Position numbers and translations under genes: made by a program. Of a stretch of DNA of 50,414 bases, positions 11,613-23,183 are shown piece by piece. This stretch comes from Shigella phage vB_SsoS_008. The DNA is taken from sequence record MK335533; one strand, written 5' to 3'. Under the pieces are notes generated by a model. That model was not told where the DNA came from. It was given only the letters and a program-made list of their open reading frames with translations, and did not search any database. The stretch's first letter is position 1. Every line of letters begins with the position of its first letter.

Positions 11613-12071
11613 ATGAAGCTATACAAGAAAAAGTTCGGCACTGTACTTGCGAAGAATCGGACCATGACGCCTGAGAGTCTATTCGCTCTATCAGTTAAGT
11701 ATTCAACATGGGCTGAGGACAATGCGATCAAGGCGTCAGAATCAGCCAGCTTTCAGGGTGGCGTTTACGAGTCTCTTGTCGGTAAGCTAGCCATTATTCG
11801 TAATCCCCTTCTTTGTTACCTACGCGCTCGGGTGTTCACCTGGACAGGGTATCGACTATTCATCGGTCGAAGTGAGGCCGCGATCATTATTTGGAAGCGA
11901 GAAATCACGTATAGCGAGGTTATGGAGTTCGTACGATCTTCAATCAACGAGCAAAAATTCCTTCTTGCCGCCAACGAATTTATTATAATCTCCTTTATCG
12001 CGCGCTTTCTCGGGATCGATTCAACTTCACTTAAAGCCAGCCTCAATCAATATCGAAAACTCAGCAGCTAA
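11613..12071 (+). CDS. hypothetical protein (small terminase subunit candidate by position only)
   Basis: Immediately upstream of the large terminase; GGTGG RBS before ATG (MKLYKKKFG...); no motif support. Confidence 0.3.
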   Translation: MKLYKKKFGTVLAKNRTMTPESLFALSVKYSTWAEDNAIKASESASFQGGVYESLVGKLAIIRNPLLCYLRARVFTWTGYRLFIGRSEAAIIIWKREITYSEVMEFVRSSINEQKFLLAANEFIIISFIARFLGIDSTSLKASLNQYRKLSS

Positions 12072-12138
12072 CATCTCTACCCTGTTAGTCGAGTACGCAC
12101 TACTCCGAATTTCCTCACCAGATAAAGTTGCCACCACG

Positions 12139-13902
12139 ACTCCTGCAATGAAAGAGGCAGTGAACAGCATTCTTGACATGCTTTAATTCATCGGGCGCGA
12201 AAGCGCCCATGAAGATTTCTTTTTTATGATTCACGCTTCCGACCTCGACGCAACTCAGAAGGAAGCGATCAAGAAAATGAGTGAGGCGAATTTCGAAAAG
12301 ATGATTAGGATCTGGTTCCAGCTTATGCAGGCTCAGCAGTTCCAGCTCAACTGGCATCACCTTTACCTATGTCATCTGCCTGAGGAAATAATTGCAAAGA
12401 TTACCGTGCCTACGTCACGCCAGGTTCGGGTAAAACCGAGGTGTTCCGTGTCGGTTAATCGTAATCATGCCTCTTCTCCTTCTTCTTCGATCAATTCAAA
12501 GACCTGTTTACGCAATGCTGGGTTGCAAGAAGGTACGAAACCTTCACGTTTCATTTGCCGACAGATAAATAAAGCGCAACAGTACGCGAGTTCGTGGGAT
12601 TATCAGCAGCAAAGAGTTCCAAGAGTTGTGGCCCTGCAAGTTCGGCAAAAACTCATCGAAAGATGTAGTCATGCAAGTTCTTTCGATAACGAAGATGGCA
12701 AGGTCTGGTTCGAGCTAATATCCGCAGCAGCCGGAGGTCGAATCACAGGTTCGCGTGGTGGCTATATGATGCCGGGATTCTCCGGGATGGTAATGCTCGA
12801 CGATATAGACAAGCCTGACGATATGTTCTCAAAGGTTAAGCGTGAGCGTACTCACATGCTATTGAAGAACACCATACGATCCCGTCGTATGCACAACGAG
12901 ACGCCGATTATCGCAATCCAGCAGCGACTGCACGCGCAGGATTCAACTTGGTTTATGATGAATGGAGGTATGGGTATTGAGTTTGACCTTTCCGCTCGCA
13001 TACCGAGCTCGATCCCGGCACTGGTGACTGAAGAATACGGAAAGACACTTCCTGACTGGCCAGATCCTTATTTCGAGCGCGGGCTTTTGTCGTTCAGGTA
13101 TGTAGAATTGGATGGTGTTGGCTCTTATTCATATCGGCGGTCCTCCAGCAAGGAGAGAAATCACGACCTATTGGCTTTGCGCGAAGCGGACCAGTACACC
13201 TTAAACATTGGCGCTTTGAAGCTGCGCAAGGCTACGCGATTCTCAGTACCAGCAGAAGCCGATCGCACTTGGCGGCTCCGTGTTAAACTCGGAATGGTGG
13301 ACTTATTACGGCAGCAGTCTCGACGCGGACGAGCCAGATCCGGGCAAATATTTTTACCGTTTCATCACTGCCGATACCGCTCAGTTGATAGGTGGACTAA
13401 ACGACTACGTCAAACCTGCTTATGGGGTAAGAAAAACGATAAGGTTTACTTTATCGACGGCATTCGCGGCAAGTGGGAAGCGCCTGATATGGAGAAACAA
13501 TTTACCGCCTTCGTGAATCAGGCATGGAGGCACAATAAATCAATGGGTGTGCTTCGCAAAATCTACGTGGAAGATAAGGCGAGCGGGACGGGCTTGATTC
13601 AGAACTTAAGGAAAAAGACTCCGATCTCAATCACACCATTGCAGCGTAACAAAGATAAAGTTAGCGGTATCCCCCGAGCTATGGATGCTCAGCCAGTAAT
13701 TAAGGCCGGGCGCGTGGTTCTTCCAGAAGAGCACCCTATGCTTGCGGAAATCATCGCAGAACATAGCGCCTTTACTTACGATGACACCCACCCGCATGAT
13801 GATATCGTCGATAACTTCATGGATGCGGCGAACATCGAATTGCTGACCATTAGTGATCCTATCGAGAGAATGAAGCGACTCGCTGGGATGGTTAAGCGGT
13901 AA
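12139..13902 (+). CDS. terminase large subunit, multiple apparent frameshifts
   Basis: Walker A-like AYVTPGSGKTEV in one frame near 12400; ATPase centre MVMLDDIDKPDD; C-terminal nuclease-like region; alternate-frame segment WWTYYGSSLDADEPDPGKYFYRFITADTAQ at 13280-13450. Confidence 0.6.
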
Positions 13903-13920
13903 TAAATGAGATATAATCAA

Positions 13921-13946
13921 GGCTGTCAATTGACGGCCTTTTTTAT
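13921..13946 (+). terminator. rho-independent terminator-like hairpin between terminase and portal
   Basis: GGCTGTCAA/TTGACGGCC stem (one G-U pair) followed by TTTTTTATT. Confidence 0.45.
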
Positions 13947-13956
13947 TGGAGGAAAC

Positions 13957-15284
13957 ATGAAAATTGTTAAGCATGATGGATATAACGATATCTTTAACGG
14001 CGGCAAACTAAGTTCATCACCTAAGCCATTCTTTGGAAGGTTGTCATATCACGTCGGCTCTTTCTACAACGATAACGCCACAGCAAAGAGGATTGTAGAT
14101 CCTTTACCTGAAGAAATGGTTACGGCTGGATTTATCGCTAAGTGCGTCAAGGATGAAAAAGAGTTCAAATCTCTGTGGGATAGTTACAAAATTGATCCTA
14201 GCTTGGTCCCAAATTGTGATGTTCTTTGCTGGGCGCGCCTATACGGTGGGGCGGCTATTGTAGCAATCATTAAAGACAACAGAATGCTAACCAGTCCAGT
14301 TAAACCTGGAGCTAAACTTGAAGGTGTGCGTGTTTACGATAGGTTCGCAATTACAATCGAAAAAAGAGTAACCAATGCAAGATCGCCTCGCTATGGTGAG
14401 CCTGAGATCTATAAGGTGTCGCCCGGTGACAACATTCAACCTTACTTTTCCATCAATCCACCACACGAGAATTTTCATTGCTGATGGTGAGAGAGTTACC
14501 CCTCAGATGCGGAAGCAGAATCAGGGGTGGGGTGCTTCAGTTTTGAATAAGTCACTGCAATTTGATGCAATCTGCGACTAACGCTATTGCGAATCACTAT
14601 ATGCTCAGATCCTGCGGCGTAAGCAACAGGCGGTATGGAAGGTCAAAGCCGTTGCCGAAATGTGCGATATCGACGATGCTCAGTATGCTGCGCGCCTTTA
14701 CTTTGCTTGACGTGATGACAACTCCGGAGTAGGCCGTGCGATCGGTATGAACATTCGCTGAGACGGAAGAATACGATGTTAGCCGTTCTGATATCAGCGG
14801 AGTGCCTGAGTTCTTATCGAGCAAGATGGATCGTATTGTTTCCCCCTTGATAGGTTTCCGGGATTCATGAGATTATCATCAAAAATAAGAAAAAATAATT
14901 TTAACCAAAACACAGCACTTGAGACTTTCTATAAGCTGGTAGATCGTAAGCACCTCATTTGTTTACAGGCCTCTTCTTGAGTTCTTTGGGCATCCTTGAC
15001 GAGCAAGAATGGTCGATCGAGTTCGAGCCTTTATCCGTTCCGAGCAAGAAAGAGGAATAACCCTTAAGAATAACGTTGATTCGGTTACGAAAGCTATCAC
15101 TGAGCAAATCATCGATCTGGAAGAAGCTCGCGACACGTTGCGATCTATTGCCCCTGAGTTCAAACTCAAGGATGGTAATAACATCAACATTCGCGAACCT
15201 GAAGAAACAACCGAACCGGAACCGGGATTAGGGGAGAAGTTAGAAGATGAAGGTATTAGAGTGCATCTTTCAGAAAGGCGCTAG
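13957..15284 (+). CDS. portal protein, multiple apparent frameshifts
   Basis: GGAGGA RBS before ATG at 13957; portal-like segments LCWARLYGGAAIVAIIKDN and HHTRIFIADGERVTPQMRKQNQGWGASVL; position after terminase; reading frame changes several times between 14440 and 15000. Confidence 0.5.
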
Positions 15285-15334
15285 GCTTCCCGACTAATTA
15301 ATGAAACAAGACCAAAACAAGCCCAGCAGCGATA

Positions 15335-15925
15335 ATGTCGCGCTCCCTACAGGATATTGCAGCCAAACTAACTGAAAAAATGCGTGACGAATTAAAGCTG
15401 ATGAAATTTGATGCTACCGACGAAGAGATAGATCAGGCAGAAAGGTCATTGCTTAATTACGTTGAATCACTCATCGCGCCGATTATCGGTTCTCTATCAT
15501 CCGTTGCGCCGCCATCCTCTCAGACTCCATGCTGCGCATCGCTCGCAATGCTGGAGGTAAGAAGAATCAAGCCATGATGCTACTTGCCCTGATTGGTCCT
15601 ACCGCTGCCCGTCTCGAAGGACAATATAATCTGTGGCGATCGCAGGTGACTACTTCTATCAGGAAATTTGCCGCCAACATGGTTACTGATTTCACTGATA
15701 AACTTCGTGCGGCATCCGGTCAGGGCAAAAGCAAATTCAAAATTTGAGCTTGCTAAGGAGCGATTTGGTATTTACCGGAATTGGGCCAAAAATTTTAAGA
15801 GCATCGGGAATTGTCGGAACCTGGAATTTGAACTAATGCGGCAGCGCATAAAAGACGCTGGTGTCTCTTATTATTTCTGGCGAGGGGTGATGGATTTACG
15901 CGAACGTTCTCTGTATAAGCTGTAA
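15335..15925 (+). CDS. putative minor head / head morphogenesis protein, apparent frameshifts
   Basis: Three overlapping protein-like ORF fragments (15335, 15529, 15668) between portal and scaffold genes; assignment by position. Confidence 0.3.
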
Positions 15926-16031
15926 GCGTATAGCGGTAGATTCCGATCACGTATTTCCGGGTGAAGAATACAATTGCCGCTGTTGGGCTGTTCCAGACTT
16001 TTCCACAGGAGATTAAAAATACATCCTAAGC

Positions 16032-17129
16032 ATGAGCACAGTAAAAATCAAGGCGCACTTTGATGATAATGGTTTTTTGGTTGACCGCCCCATTGTGGCA
16101 CGAATCGGTGCTCAGGTTTACACTTCACACGGCGATCGAGTTGAGTTCCGTCCGGCGTCCGAAGTTTTCAAGCAAGATTCCTTGCAAAGTTTTGCAGGCA
16201 AGCCGATCACAGTCGGTTTGTCTCTTAACTGACTAAGGACGTTGTTGTAGGATCGTGCGCTGGCGCTGGTATTGCTTCAGGTGTTGGAGTTGAAGTCCCT
16301 TTGAGCATTTACAGCGTTCCAGCGATCAGCAAGGCTAAAGCAAAAGAAGCTGGTGAATTATCTGTTGGCTACACGTCAGTAGATATTCGGCGATAAACCG
16401 GGATGGGGTTCAAATGAGACTGGAGAATATATCTTCGAAGAGGATATGAAACAGGACGAAGAGCGTATCCATAGCTGATTCGCCTGAAGGTTGGGTTAAA
16501 TTCGATGCTGTACAGACTAATATCAAGGTCAACCATATTGCTCTGGTTTTTAAAGGTCGCGCGGGAATTGCCAAATTAAATCTTGATGCTGAGCAGGAGT
16601 TCCCGTATGATAATAACGTTCAATTAACTAACGAGGACAAGCAAATGAAGAAAATTAAGATCGACTCAGTTGATGTGGAAGTAACCGAAGATGTTGCGAA
16701 CCATATCGAAAAATTAACCGCGCAGATTGCCACCATTCAGGGCAAAGCTGACGGCTTCACCTGATCCGCGATGCGCTGAAGGTTAAGGTTGACTCCCTGC
16801 CGGAACTGATGAAGGCCGAAGTAGAGAAGCAAAAAGCTGACGCCGCAGCGCGTGCTGAAGTTTTAGTGGCGGAAACCGCAGGCGTTAAGCATGATGGTCT
16901 TGATATCAAAGACGTTAAGGTCGCTGTTGTCAAAGCCATGCTTGATAAAGATGTTAGTGAAAAATCAGACGCATATATCGACGCTATGTTTGATGTTGCT
17001 AAGGATTCTGATATTATGGCTATTCAGCGTAAGGCGGTAAAAGGCGATTCTATCGAAGGTGGTAAGCCGGAAGAGAAAAACGACGCCGCGCCATCAGTGC
17101 CAAATTCACGTTTAAGCAAAGTAATGTAA
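16032..17129 (+). CDS. prohead scaffold / protease-like protein (DUF2213-like), apparent frameshifts
   Basis: Segment NHIALVFKGRAGIAKL resembles the DUF2213 signature; Ala/Lys/Glu-rich coiled-coil C-terminus (16809..17129) typical of scaffolds. Confidence 0.4.
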
Positions 17130-17140
17130 GGGGAAATATC

Positions 17141-17686
17141 ATGGCACAGATTAATGCATCTTATCAGCGATTTGACATGGCTATTGCGCTTCCGGGTATG
17201 GTTGCGGATACTTCGCCATTCAGGACAAATCCCCTTTTAAAAGTATAATATTGACGGCGCTTGCGTCGTTAACGAAGGTGAAAGTATGTTTTTGTTGGCG
17301 CCGCCGTACAGGTTGTTCAAGCCCAAGCCGTTGATGGCCATAAATTGGTTAAGGCTATGGAATCGTCTACCACTCCGTATGGCGTAGCTATTCGATCTCA
17401 CTGGCAGACTATGAATGCTCATAATCAGATGATTTACGAAGATGGCGGCGCTATCAACGTGATTACCTCCGGCCGAGTTTGGATGCTTTCCAAATCCACC
17501 GAGGCGCCAACTTTCGGCTCCGCTGTAAAACTTGCCGAATACAGGGCTGACGTTGACGGTCAAGAGAAATCTGACGGTACGATCGAAACCACTTGGACCT
17601 ACGCTGGCGGTTGGACCAAATATAAAGACATTCAGCTTGTTGAAGTTGGCTTCAAGGCAGTTGCATCAACTGTAATTAGTGTTTAA
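17141..17686 (+). CDS. head decoration-like structural protein 1, apparent frameshift near 17220
   Basis: AAGGGG RBS and ATG at 17141; TPYGVAIRS...GRVWMLSKSTEAP is paralogous to the next gene. Confidence 0.45.
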
Positions 17687-17690
17687 TATG

Positions 17691-17721
17691 GGGACTATCC
17701 TTTTTGATAGTCCCTTTTTTT
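17691..17721 (+). terminator. rho-independent terminator
   Basis: GGGACTATC / GATAGTCCC stem followed by TTTTTTT. Confidence 0.6.
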
Positions 17722-17735
17722 ATGGAGAAATCACT

Positions 17736-18500
17736 ATGCCTTACGAAAATTGTCGCAAGTGCCCTGGTAATCTTTCGGATACTTCAAACTACAATATTGA
17801 TGGCGCTTGTGTTGCTAAAGGTGATATTGAGTTCGGCGCTGCTGTTAAAGTTGTCGGTATTGTTGACGGAGTTAAGGTTGTTTCGGCGCTTGTCAATGGT
17901 GCAACACCTTACGGAATCGCTTTCCGTTCCCAATATGAACACCTGAGCGGTAAAATCCTCGACGGTGAAGTTTGCAACGTCGTTTCTCATGGTCGCGTGT
18001 GGACGCTCACTTCTCTTGATGAAGCTCCCAGCTTATCACGAAAGTTGCAATTTGGATCTGGTGGTGTTGTTACTGGTAGCTCTGGTTCCGTAGGTTGGAC
18101 ATTTGACCTCGGGTTTGTTAAGCACGAGGACGGGTACATTATTGAGGTACAGGTTAAGCGAAATGCCTTCATTGTTCCACCTCCACCCCACACTGTGGTT
18201 CTTGTTGAGTCTGCGACGATTACAACTAACAAGGAGAGTCCTCAGCCAAACAATGCACCTGTGCAATTTGTAGTTGCTGTAAAACCTGACAACGCCACCG
18301 ATAAAACTGGCAAATGGTCTGTTGATGCTACCAATATTGCGACAATAGATCCGGAATCTGGCGTTCTTACTCCTGTTGGTGGAGATGCAGCAGGTGATTC
18401 ATATCCTGGACGGCTAACGATTCCAGCAAAACTAAAGAATCGATCACTTATGTCTTTGATGCTGTGCCAGGCCGTTTGTCATAACACAAAAACACTTTGA
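17736..18500 (+). CDS. head decoration-like structural protein 2 with C-terminal Ig-like (Big_2-like) domain
   Basis: GGAGA RBS and ATG at 17736; paralog of upstream gene (TPYGIAFRS...GRVWTLTSLDEAP); C-terminal VQFVVAVKPDNATDKTGKWSVDATNIATIDPESGVLTPVG resembles a bacterial Ig-like domain. Confidence 0.55.
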   Translation: MPYENCRKCPGNLSDTSNYNIDGACVAKGDIEFGAAVKVVGIVDGVKVVSALVNGATPYGIAFRSQYEHLSGKILDGEVCNVVSHGRVWTLTSLDEAPSLSRKLQFGSGGVVTGSSGSVGWTFDLGFVKHEDGYIIEVQVKRNAFIVPPPPHTVVLVESATITTNKESPQPNNAPVQFVVAVKPDNATDKTGKWSVDATNIATIDPESGVLTPVGGDAAGDSYPGRLTIPAKLKNRSLMSLMLCQAVCHNTKTL

Positions 18501-18576
18501 CGCTTTAACAAAAAGTGTGGATATTGAAGCCGTGAACATAATCACGGCTTTTTCGGGTAACTAAGGAGAAGTAATC

Positions 18577-19529
18577 ATGACTACTAAAAAATTTGATGAA
18601 GCAGATAAAAGCAATATTGAAATGTACCTGATCCAAGCTGGCGTAAAACAGGATGCAGCAGCAACTTCAATCCACTTGCCATTCTCCTCGCGATATTCCT
18701 TTATGGGTATCTGGACCGCTCAGGAGCTACACCGCATCAAGAGCCAGTCTTACGAAGAGGACTACCCGGCAGGATCTGCTCTCCGTGTATTCCCGGTTAC
18801 AACCGATCTCTCTCCGACCGACAAGACGTTTGAGTACATGACCTTTGATAAGGTTGGTTGGCATCTCGTTTCACTGCGCAGATTATCGCTGACTACACCG
18901 ATGACCTGCCGCTGGTTGATGCGCTTGGCACTTCTGAGTTCGGAAAGGTGTTCCGTCTGGGTAACGCGTACCTGATTTCAATCGACGAAATCAAAGCAGG
19001 TCAGGCAACTGGTCGCCCGCTGTCAACCCGTAAGGCAAGTGCGCCACAGCTAGCGCATGACCAACTGGTTAACCGTCTGGTGTTCAAAGGCTCCGCACCG
19101 CACAAGATCGTGTCTGTGTTCAACCATCCGAACATCACCAAAATTACTGGCAACAAGTGGATTGACTTTCCCTTAAAACCAGAAACGGCTGAAGCTCGAC
19201 GACTCAGGCCATCGAAACCATCGAGACGATTACTCATATTGCACACCGAGCGCTTTCGGCTGATCCCGCCGTCCATGCGTAAGGTTTTGGCTATTCGTAT
19301 GCCTGAAACCACTATGTCTTATCTGGACTATTTCAAGTCTCAGAATGCTGGTATCGAAATTGACTCTATCGCAGAACTTGAAGATATCGATGGCGCTGGA
19401 ACTAAAGGCGTGCTGGTGTACGAAAAGAATCCGATGAATATGTCCATCGAGATCCCGGAAGCATTTAACATGCTGCCAGCACAGCCGAAAGATCTGCACT
19501 TCAAAGTGCCTTGCACCTCCAAGTGTTAA
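18577..19529 (+). CDS. major capsid protein, apparent frameshifts near 18860 and 19200-19270
   Basis: AAGGAGAAG RBS; protein-like N-terminal ORF 18577..18975 joins ORF 18858..19529 (FGKVFRLGNAYLISIDEIKAGQATGRPLS...); position between decoration and head-tail genes; followed by a stable hairpin. Confidence 0.55.
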
Positions 19530-19587
19530 ATCCTTACAATTTATCGTCCGATGACTATTGTCTTAATCACTGGCGTGTAATATTATA

Positions 19588-19608
19588 GGGACTAACTTAG
19601 TTAGTCCC
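19588..19608 (+). other. stable hairpin after the major capsid gene (no T-tract)
   Basis: GGGACTAAC-TTA-GTTAGTCCC; shares the GGGACTA core with the terminator at 17691. Confidence 0.4.
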
Positions 19609-19627
19609 TTCGCCAGGAGAAATCAAA

Positions 19628-19930
19628 ATGGCTAAAGAAAAAACTGTTGTTATCGTAAACGTTGGTCGTGCGCTTCAGATGTTCCGTCTTGAAGATGGCT
19701 CATTTCATGAGGTGAGCCTCCTGAAGAGATGACACTCCCAGCATCCGCACTTGAATTGCCTGGGCTGCGTTGCTTGATTGCTCGCGAAGAAATCGAAGTA
19801 AAAGACGACAGTGCCACCAACCGGAAAATCCGCGCAGAGATGGCTAAACCCGAAAAGCCTGATCCGTGGGATAGTAAAAGTGTTATTTCTCAAAGGACGG
19901 CGGCGAATATTAATCATCAAGGCGCTCATG
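19628..19930 (+). CDS. hypothetical structural-module protein, apparent frameshift
   Basis: AGGAGA RBS before ATG at 19628 (MAKEKTVVIVNVGRALQMF...); ends near the terminator at 19921. Confidence 0.3.
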
Positions 19931-19945
19931 TAGCGCCTTTTTTTT
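19921..19945 (+). terminator. rho-independent terminator
   Basis: GGCGCT-CATGT-AGCGCC stem-loop followed by TTTTTTTT. Confidence 0.6.
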
Positions 19946-19956
19946 GTGGTGAAATT

Positions 19957-20355
19957 ATGAATCAAGAAACTTTAATTTCAGTTGTTGAGCAAGTGCGAAA
20001 GCTGGTCCCTGCACTTCGCAAAGTTCCAGATGAAACTCTTTATGCATGGGTTGAAATGGCTGAGCTATTCGTATGCCATAAGACCTTCAAAGACGCATAC
20101 GTCAAAGCGCTTGCTCTTTATGCTTTACCATATCTTGCTTTCCTTGACGTGATGATAAAAGGTGAAGATGAAGATCTGGAATCTTACTCACGACGCGTTA
20201 CGTCTTTCTCACTGAGCGGTGAATTTAGCCAGACTTTTGGTGAGGTTACGAAAAACCAGTCAGGAAACATGATGCTTTCTAACATCAACGTCAAACGCCG
20301 TGGGGTAAGATGTTTGAACAACTTAAAGCGCGACGCCGTGGTAGGTTCGCATTAA
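19957..20355 (+). CDS. putative head-tail connector / packaging-associated protein
   Basis: ATG at 19957 (MNQETLISVVEQ...) after the terminator; 132 aa helical protein in head-tail gene position. Confidence 0.35.
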   Translation: MNQETLISVVEQVRKLVPALRKVPDETLYAWVEMAELFVCHKTFKDAYVKALALYALPYLAFLDVMIKGEDEDLESYSRRVTSFSLSGEFSQTFGEVTKNQSGNMMLSNINVKRRGVRCLNNLKRDAVVGSH

Positions 20356-20384
20356 TGACCGGACTCCGTGGAGGATGCCACTAA

Positions 20385-20841
20385 TGAACTACTCACAGAT
20401 TGAAAGGATGGCTCGCAAAGGCGTGGCTTTCTTCACAGATCCATCAAGACCTATGAACCTGATAAGGGAAGGCGAACGGTCGACCTGAAGACGTTATATC
20501 GTGCCGCGTCATTCGCCTACTCACTGCCTTGACTTAGATGGTTGAATATGGATACGATGAAAATGGATTCGAGATTCCACCGATGGAACAGGTTATTCCA
20601 ATATCTGGAGCCATCCGGCACTCGCAGACCAAATGCTCGGGAGGTTAGCCACGACGGAGAAACAATACGCGCCTCCGACCTTTTGGGGATCTTCAATAAT
20701 GATCATGAAATAAACGAAGGCGACTATATAGAGATTGACGGTGTTCGTCATGTTGCCTCTGACGCTCGTCCGGTTCAGGCGGTGCTTGTGTCGCCTATCG
20801 TCCAGTATTGCGGAGGGTATCAGTCGGTGCCTGCGAGCTAA
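20385..20841 (+). CDS. putative head-tail joining protein, apparent frameshifts
   Basis: Protein-like segments in three frames (MNYSQIERMARKGVAFF; YGYDENGFEIPPMEQVIPISG; DYIEIDGVRHVASDARPVQAVLVSPIVQY); call by position. Confidence 0.3.
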
Positions 20842-20872
20842 TTATCAGATTCGTAGATTTCAAGGTGAGATT

Positions 20873-21380
20873 GATGCGTGGATTAAGGCAGCAGAGAGCA
20901 CGTTTGAGCACGCTATTGAGATATTTGTAAGAGATGTGCACGACGCTCTTGTTAGCCGATTATCTGTCGATACTGGGCGTTTTAAAAAAAACTGGCAGAT
21001 AACTTTTAACGAAATACCCAGCTACGCATTAAACCGATATGATAAAACTGGCGGTGTAGTCAGGTGAGGAACTAGCAAAGACTTATGGCATGTTCAGCCG
21101 TGGAGGTGCGATAACCTCGGTTCACTTTTCAAACATGTTGATTTATGCAAACGCACTTGAATACGGTCACTCACAGCAAGCGCCAAGCGGCGTAGTAGGT
21201 CTGGTGGCGTTCTCAGCAACATCGTATATGTCTGACGCAATAAAGCAAGCAAGGAGACAACAAAATGCACTATTTGTTATCAGCGGCGGCGCGAGCCGCA
21301 TTTCTGTCAAAGTACAGAGATTTTCCGATATGATGGAAAACCGCAACTTCACACCACCGAAGGATGGCGGTATGTGCTAA
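20873..21380 (+). CDS. tail component, HK97 gp10-like, apparent frameshift
   Basis: LSVDTGRFKKNW (DTG motif) and IYANALEYGHSQ resemble the HK97 gp10 family signature. Confidence 0.45.
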
Positions 21381-21665
21381 TGATTTAATTACATAGAAGG
21401 CGTATGGACACGTTATCTATCCATTGACAGAAAATGCAAGTCTTACATTGCTATCGTGCAAATTGGAATGGTCCGGTCTCCAGGATCAGGGGTTGACGAG
21501 GCAAGATCACAAGCAAAAGAGATTGCTGATTTTGACAAAGATGGTAACGGAGAAACGTTGGTTATATTGCCGAGGGTGCAATCGTGCATCAAATTGTTAA
21601 ACACGAGAGCGGGTGGATGAGCGTGGTTCGCTCGCGGGTACGAGTAGACACAAGCCGGACTTAAT

Positions 21666-22369
21666 ATGCACTTACCAAATGGCGCGCAAATTTTCGTGGA
21701 AACCTCTCGTCACTTTCAGAAGGCGACCGCTGTCACTAACGCAGAAAATCCTGTTGCTACAGTTAGGGCGAATAAGGGCGACTTGGCGAAAGGTGATTAC
21801 GTTATTGTAACTCAGTCAACTTCCTGAAAGATGGTTAGTCGAGTGCTAATTGTTACTGACGCTCAAGAAACAAGCATTACTCTTGCTGGGATTGACACCT
21901 CTGATGCTCTTGGTTTCCCGGCTGGATGTACAATGAGCTTTGCAAAAATTACTGGCTGGACTGAGATCCCTTGACCTCAGGAGATTGGTCAGGACGGCGG
22001 AAAGCAGCAGTAACCTGCTTATCAGTGTTTGTCTGACGATAAAGAGCAGCAGATCCCAGAAGCTAGTCTGCAATCTCGCTAACGTACACCTGATACGATC
22101 CTCGCGCACGAATTTGATAACCCTATCCAAATATCCTATTCTGCGTAAGCTGGATTCTTCTGGTCAGGTAACTGCGGTTCGGATGTATGTTCCAAAAGCG
22201 AACGAGAATGGCATGTGGGCTGGTATCTTGTCTTTTAACTTCTGAACAAAGAAAACGTAGTGACATTCCATCTACGCAAGTAAACGAAATGGAAACGGTA
22301 CAACTCGCCGTATCCCTGAAGGGTGATTTTACTTTCGTTTCCTCCACTCTGGCATCGCCTGGTGCCTAA
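21666..22369 (+). CDS. major tail (tube) protein, multiple apparent frameshifts
   Basis: ATG at 21666 (MHLPNGAQIFVETS...); protein-like fragments in all three frames to 22369; position immediately upstream of the G/GT chaperone and tape measure genes. Confidence 0.4.
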
Positions 22370-22486
22370 ATACCATCCACAGGGGGCTATGTTGCGCCCC
22401 CTTATTCATTTCTGTAAAATCATCCTATCAAGTTTATTCTATTAACTTTTAACAAAAAGTGCCATTAACCAATCAGGAGAAATTCG

Positions 22487-23142
22487 ATGGCTAAATTCAA
22501 TTTCGTGTGCGCTTCCAGACTTCAAACTTCCGGTCACCTTCACCATGCCTAACGGTGAAGATGCAACGATCATTTTCAAGATACGCCACCTTTCCAGTAA
22601 AGAAGTGCAAGATATGTATGCCAACCAGGGAGAAATGAACGACAGCGAGTTCATTACATCACAGCGTCAGGATGGAATCTGGAAGAAGAATTTAACGAAG
22701 AAATCATGCGAAAACTGGTTCAGTCCTGGACTTCAGCAGCGTACAACCTGACACAGACTTACATCAAGGCTCTCGCCGGATCGAGACACCGCGCAAAAAA
22801 CTAAAAAGGGCGGTCTATCTGTTATATCAGAAGCCGCCAACAGAGGAACAATTAAGATCGGTTGGTTTAACGCATTCAGACTATGAAGACGAGGAACCTG
22901 AAACGATAATTATTCAGCTTAGCGTACCGGGCGACGCTGAAATGGTGAAGGCTTGGAATGTTTTTACATCAATGCTCACTCAGTGGAGAAGTTCAGGCGC
23001 TGGCGCTTATGGTCTTGACTATAATGTTTTGCCTATGTTGTTTAAAATCTATAAAATAGAAGATGAAGAACTGGCATTGCAGGACGTTAGGATCATGGAA
23101 GCGACAGAAGCGCTTGAAATGATTGCTAAGCAGAACAACTAA
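22487..23142 (+). CDS. tail assembly chaperone G and frameshift extension GT
   Basis: CAGGAGA RBS and ATG at 22487; G-frame stop TAA at 22802-22804 immediately preceded by slippery heptamer A AAA AAC (22795-22801); the -1 frame continues to 23142 with a DUF1799-like segment ([20 protein letters not shown]). Internal indels also present. Confidence 0.5.
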
Positions 23143-23164
23143 GCCGCCGTCTGGCGGTTTTTTC
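23143..23164 (+). terminator. rho-independent terminator-like hairpin
   Basis: CCGCC-GTCT-GGCGG followed by TTTTTTC. Confidence 0.5.
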
Positions 23165-23183
23165 GTATATAAGGGGGGGTTAT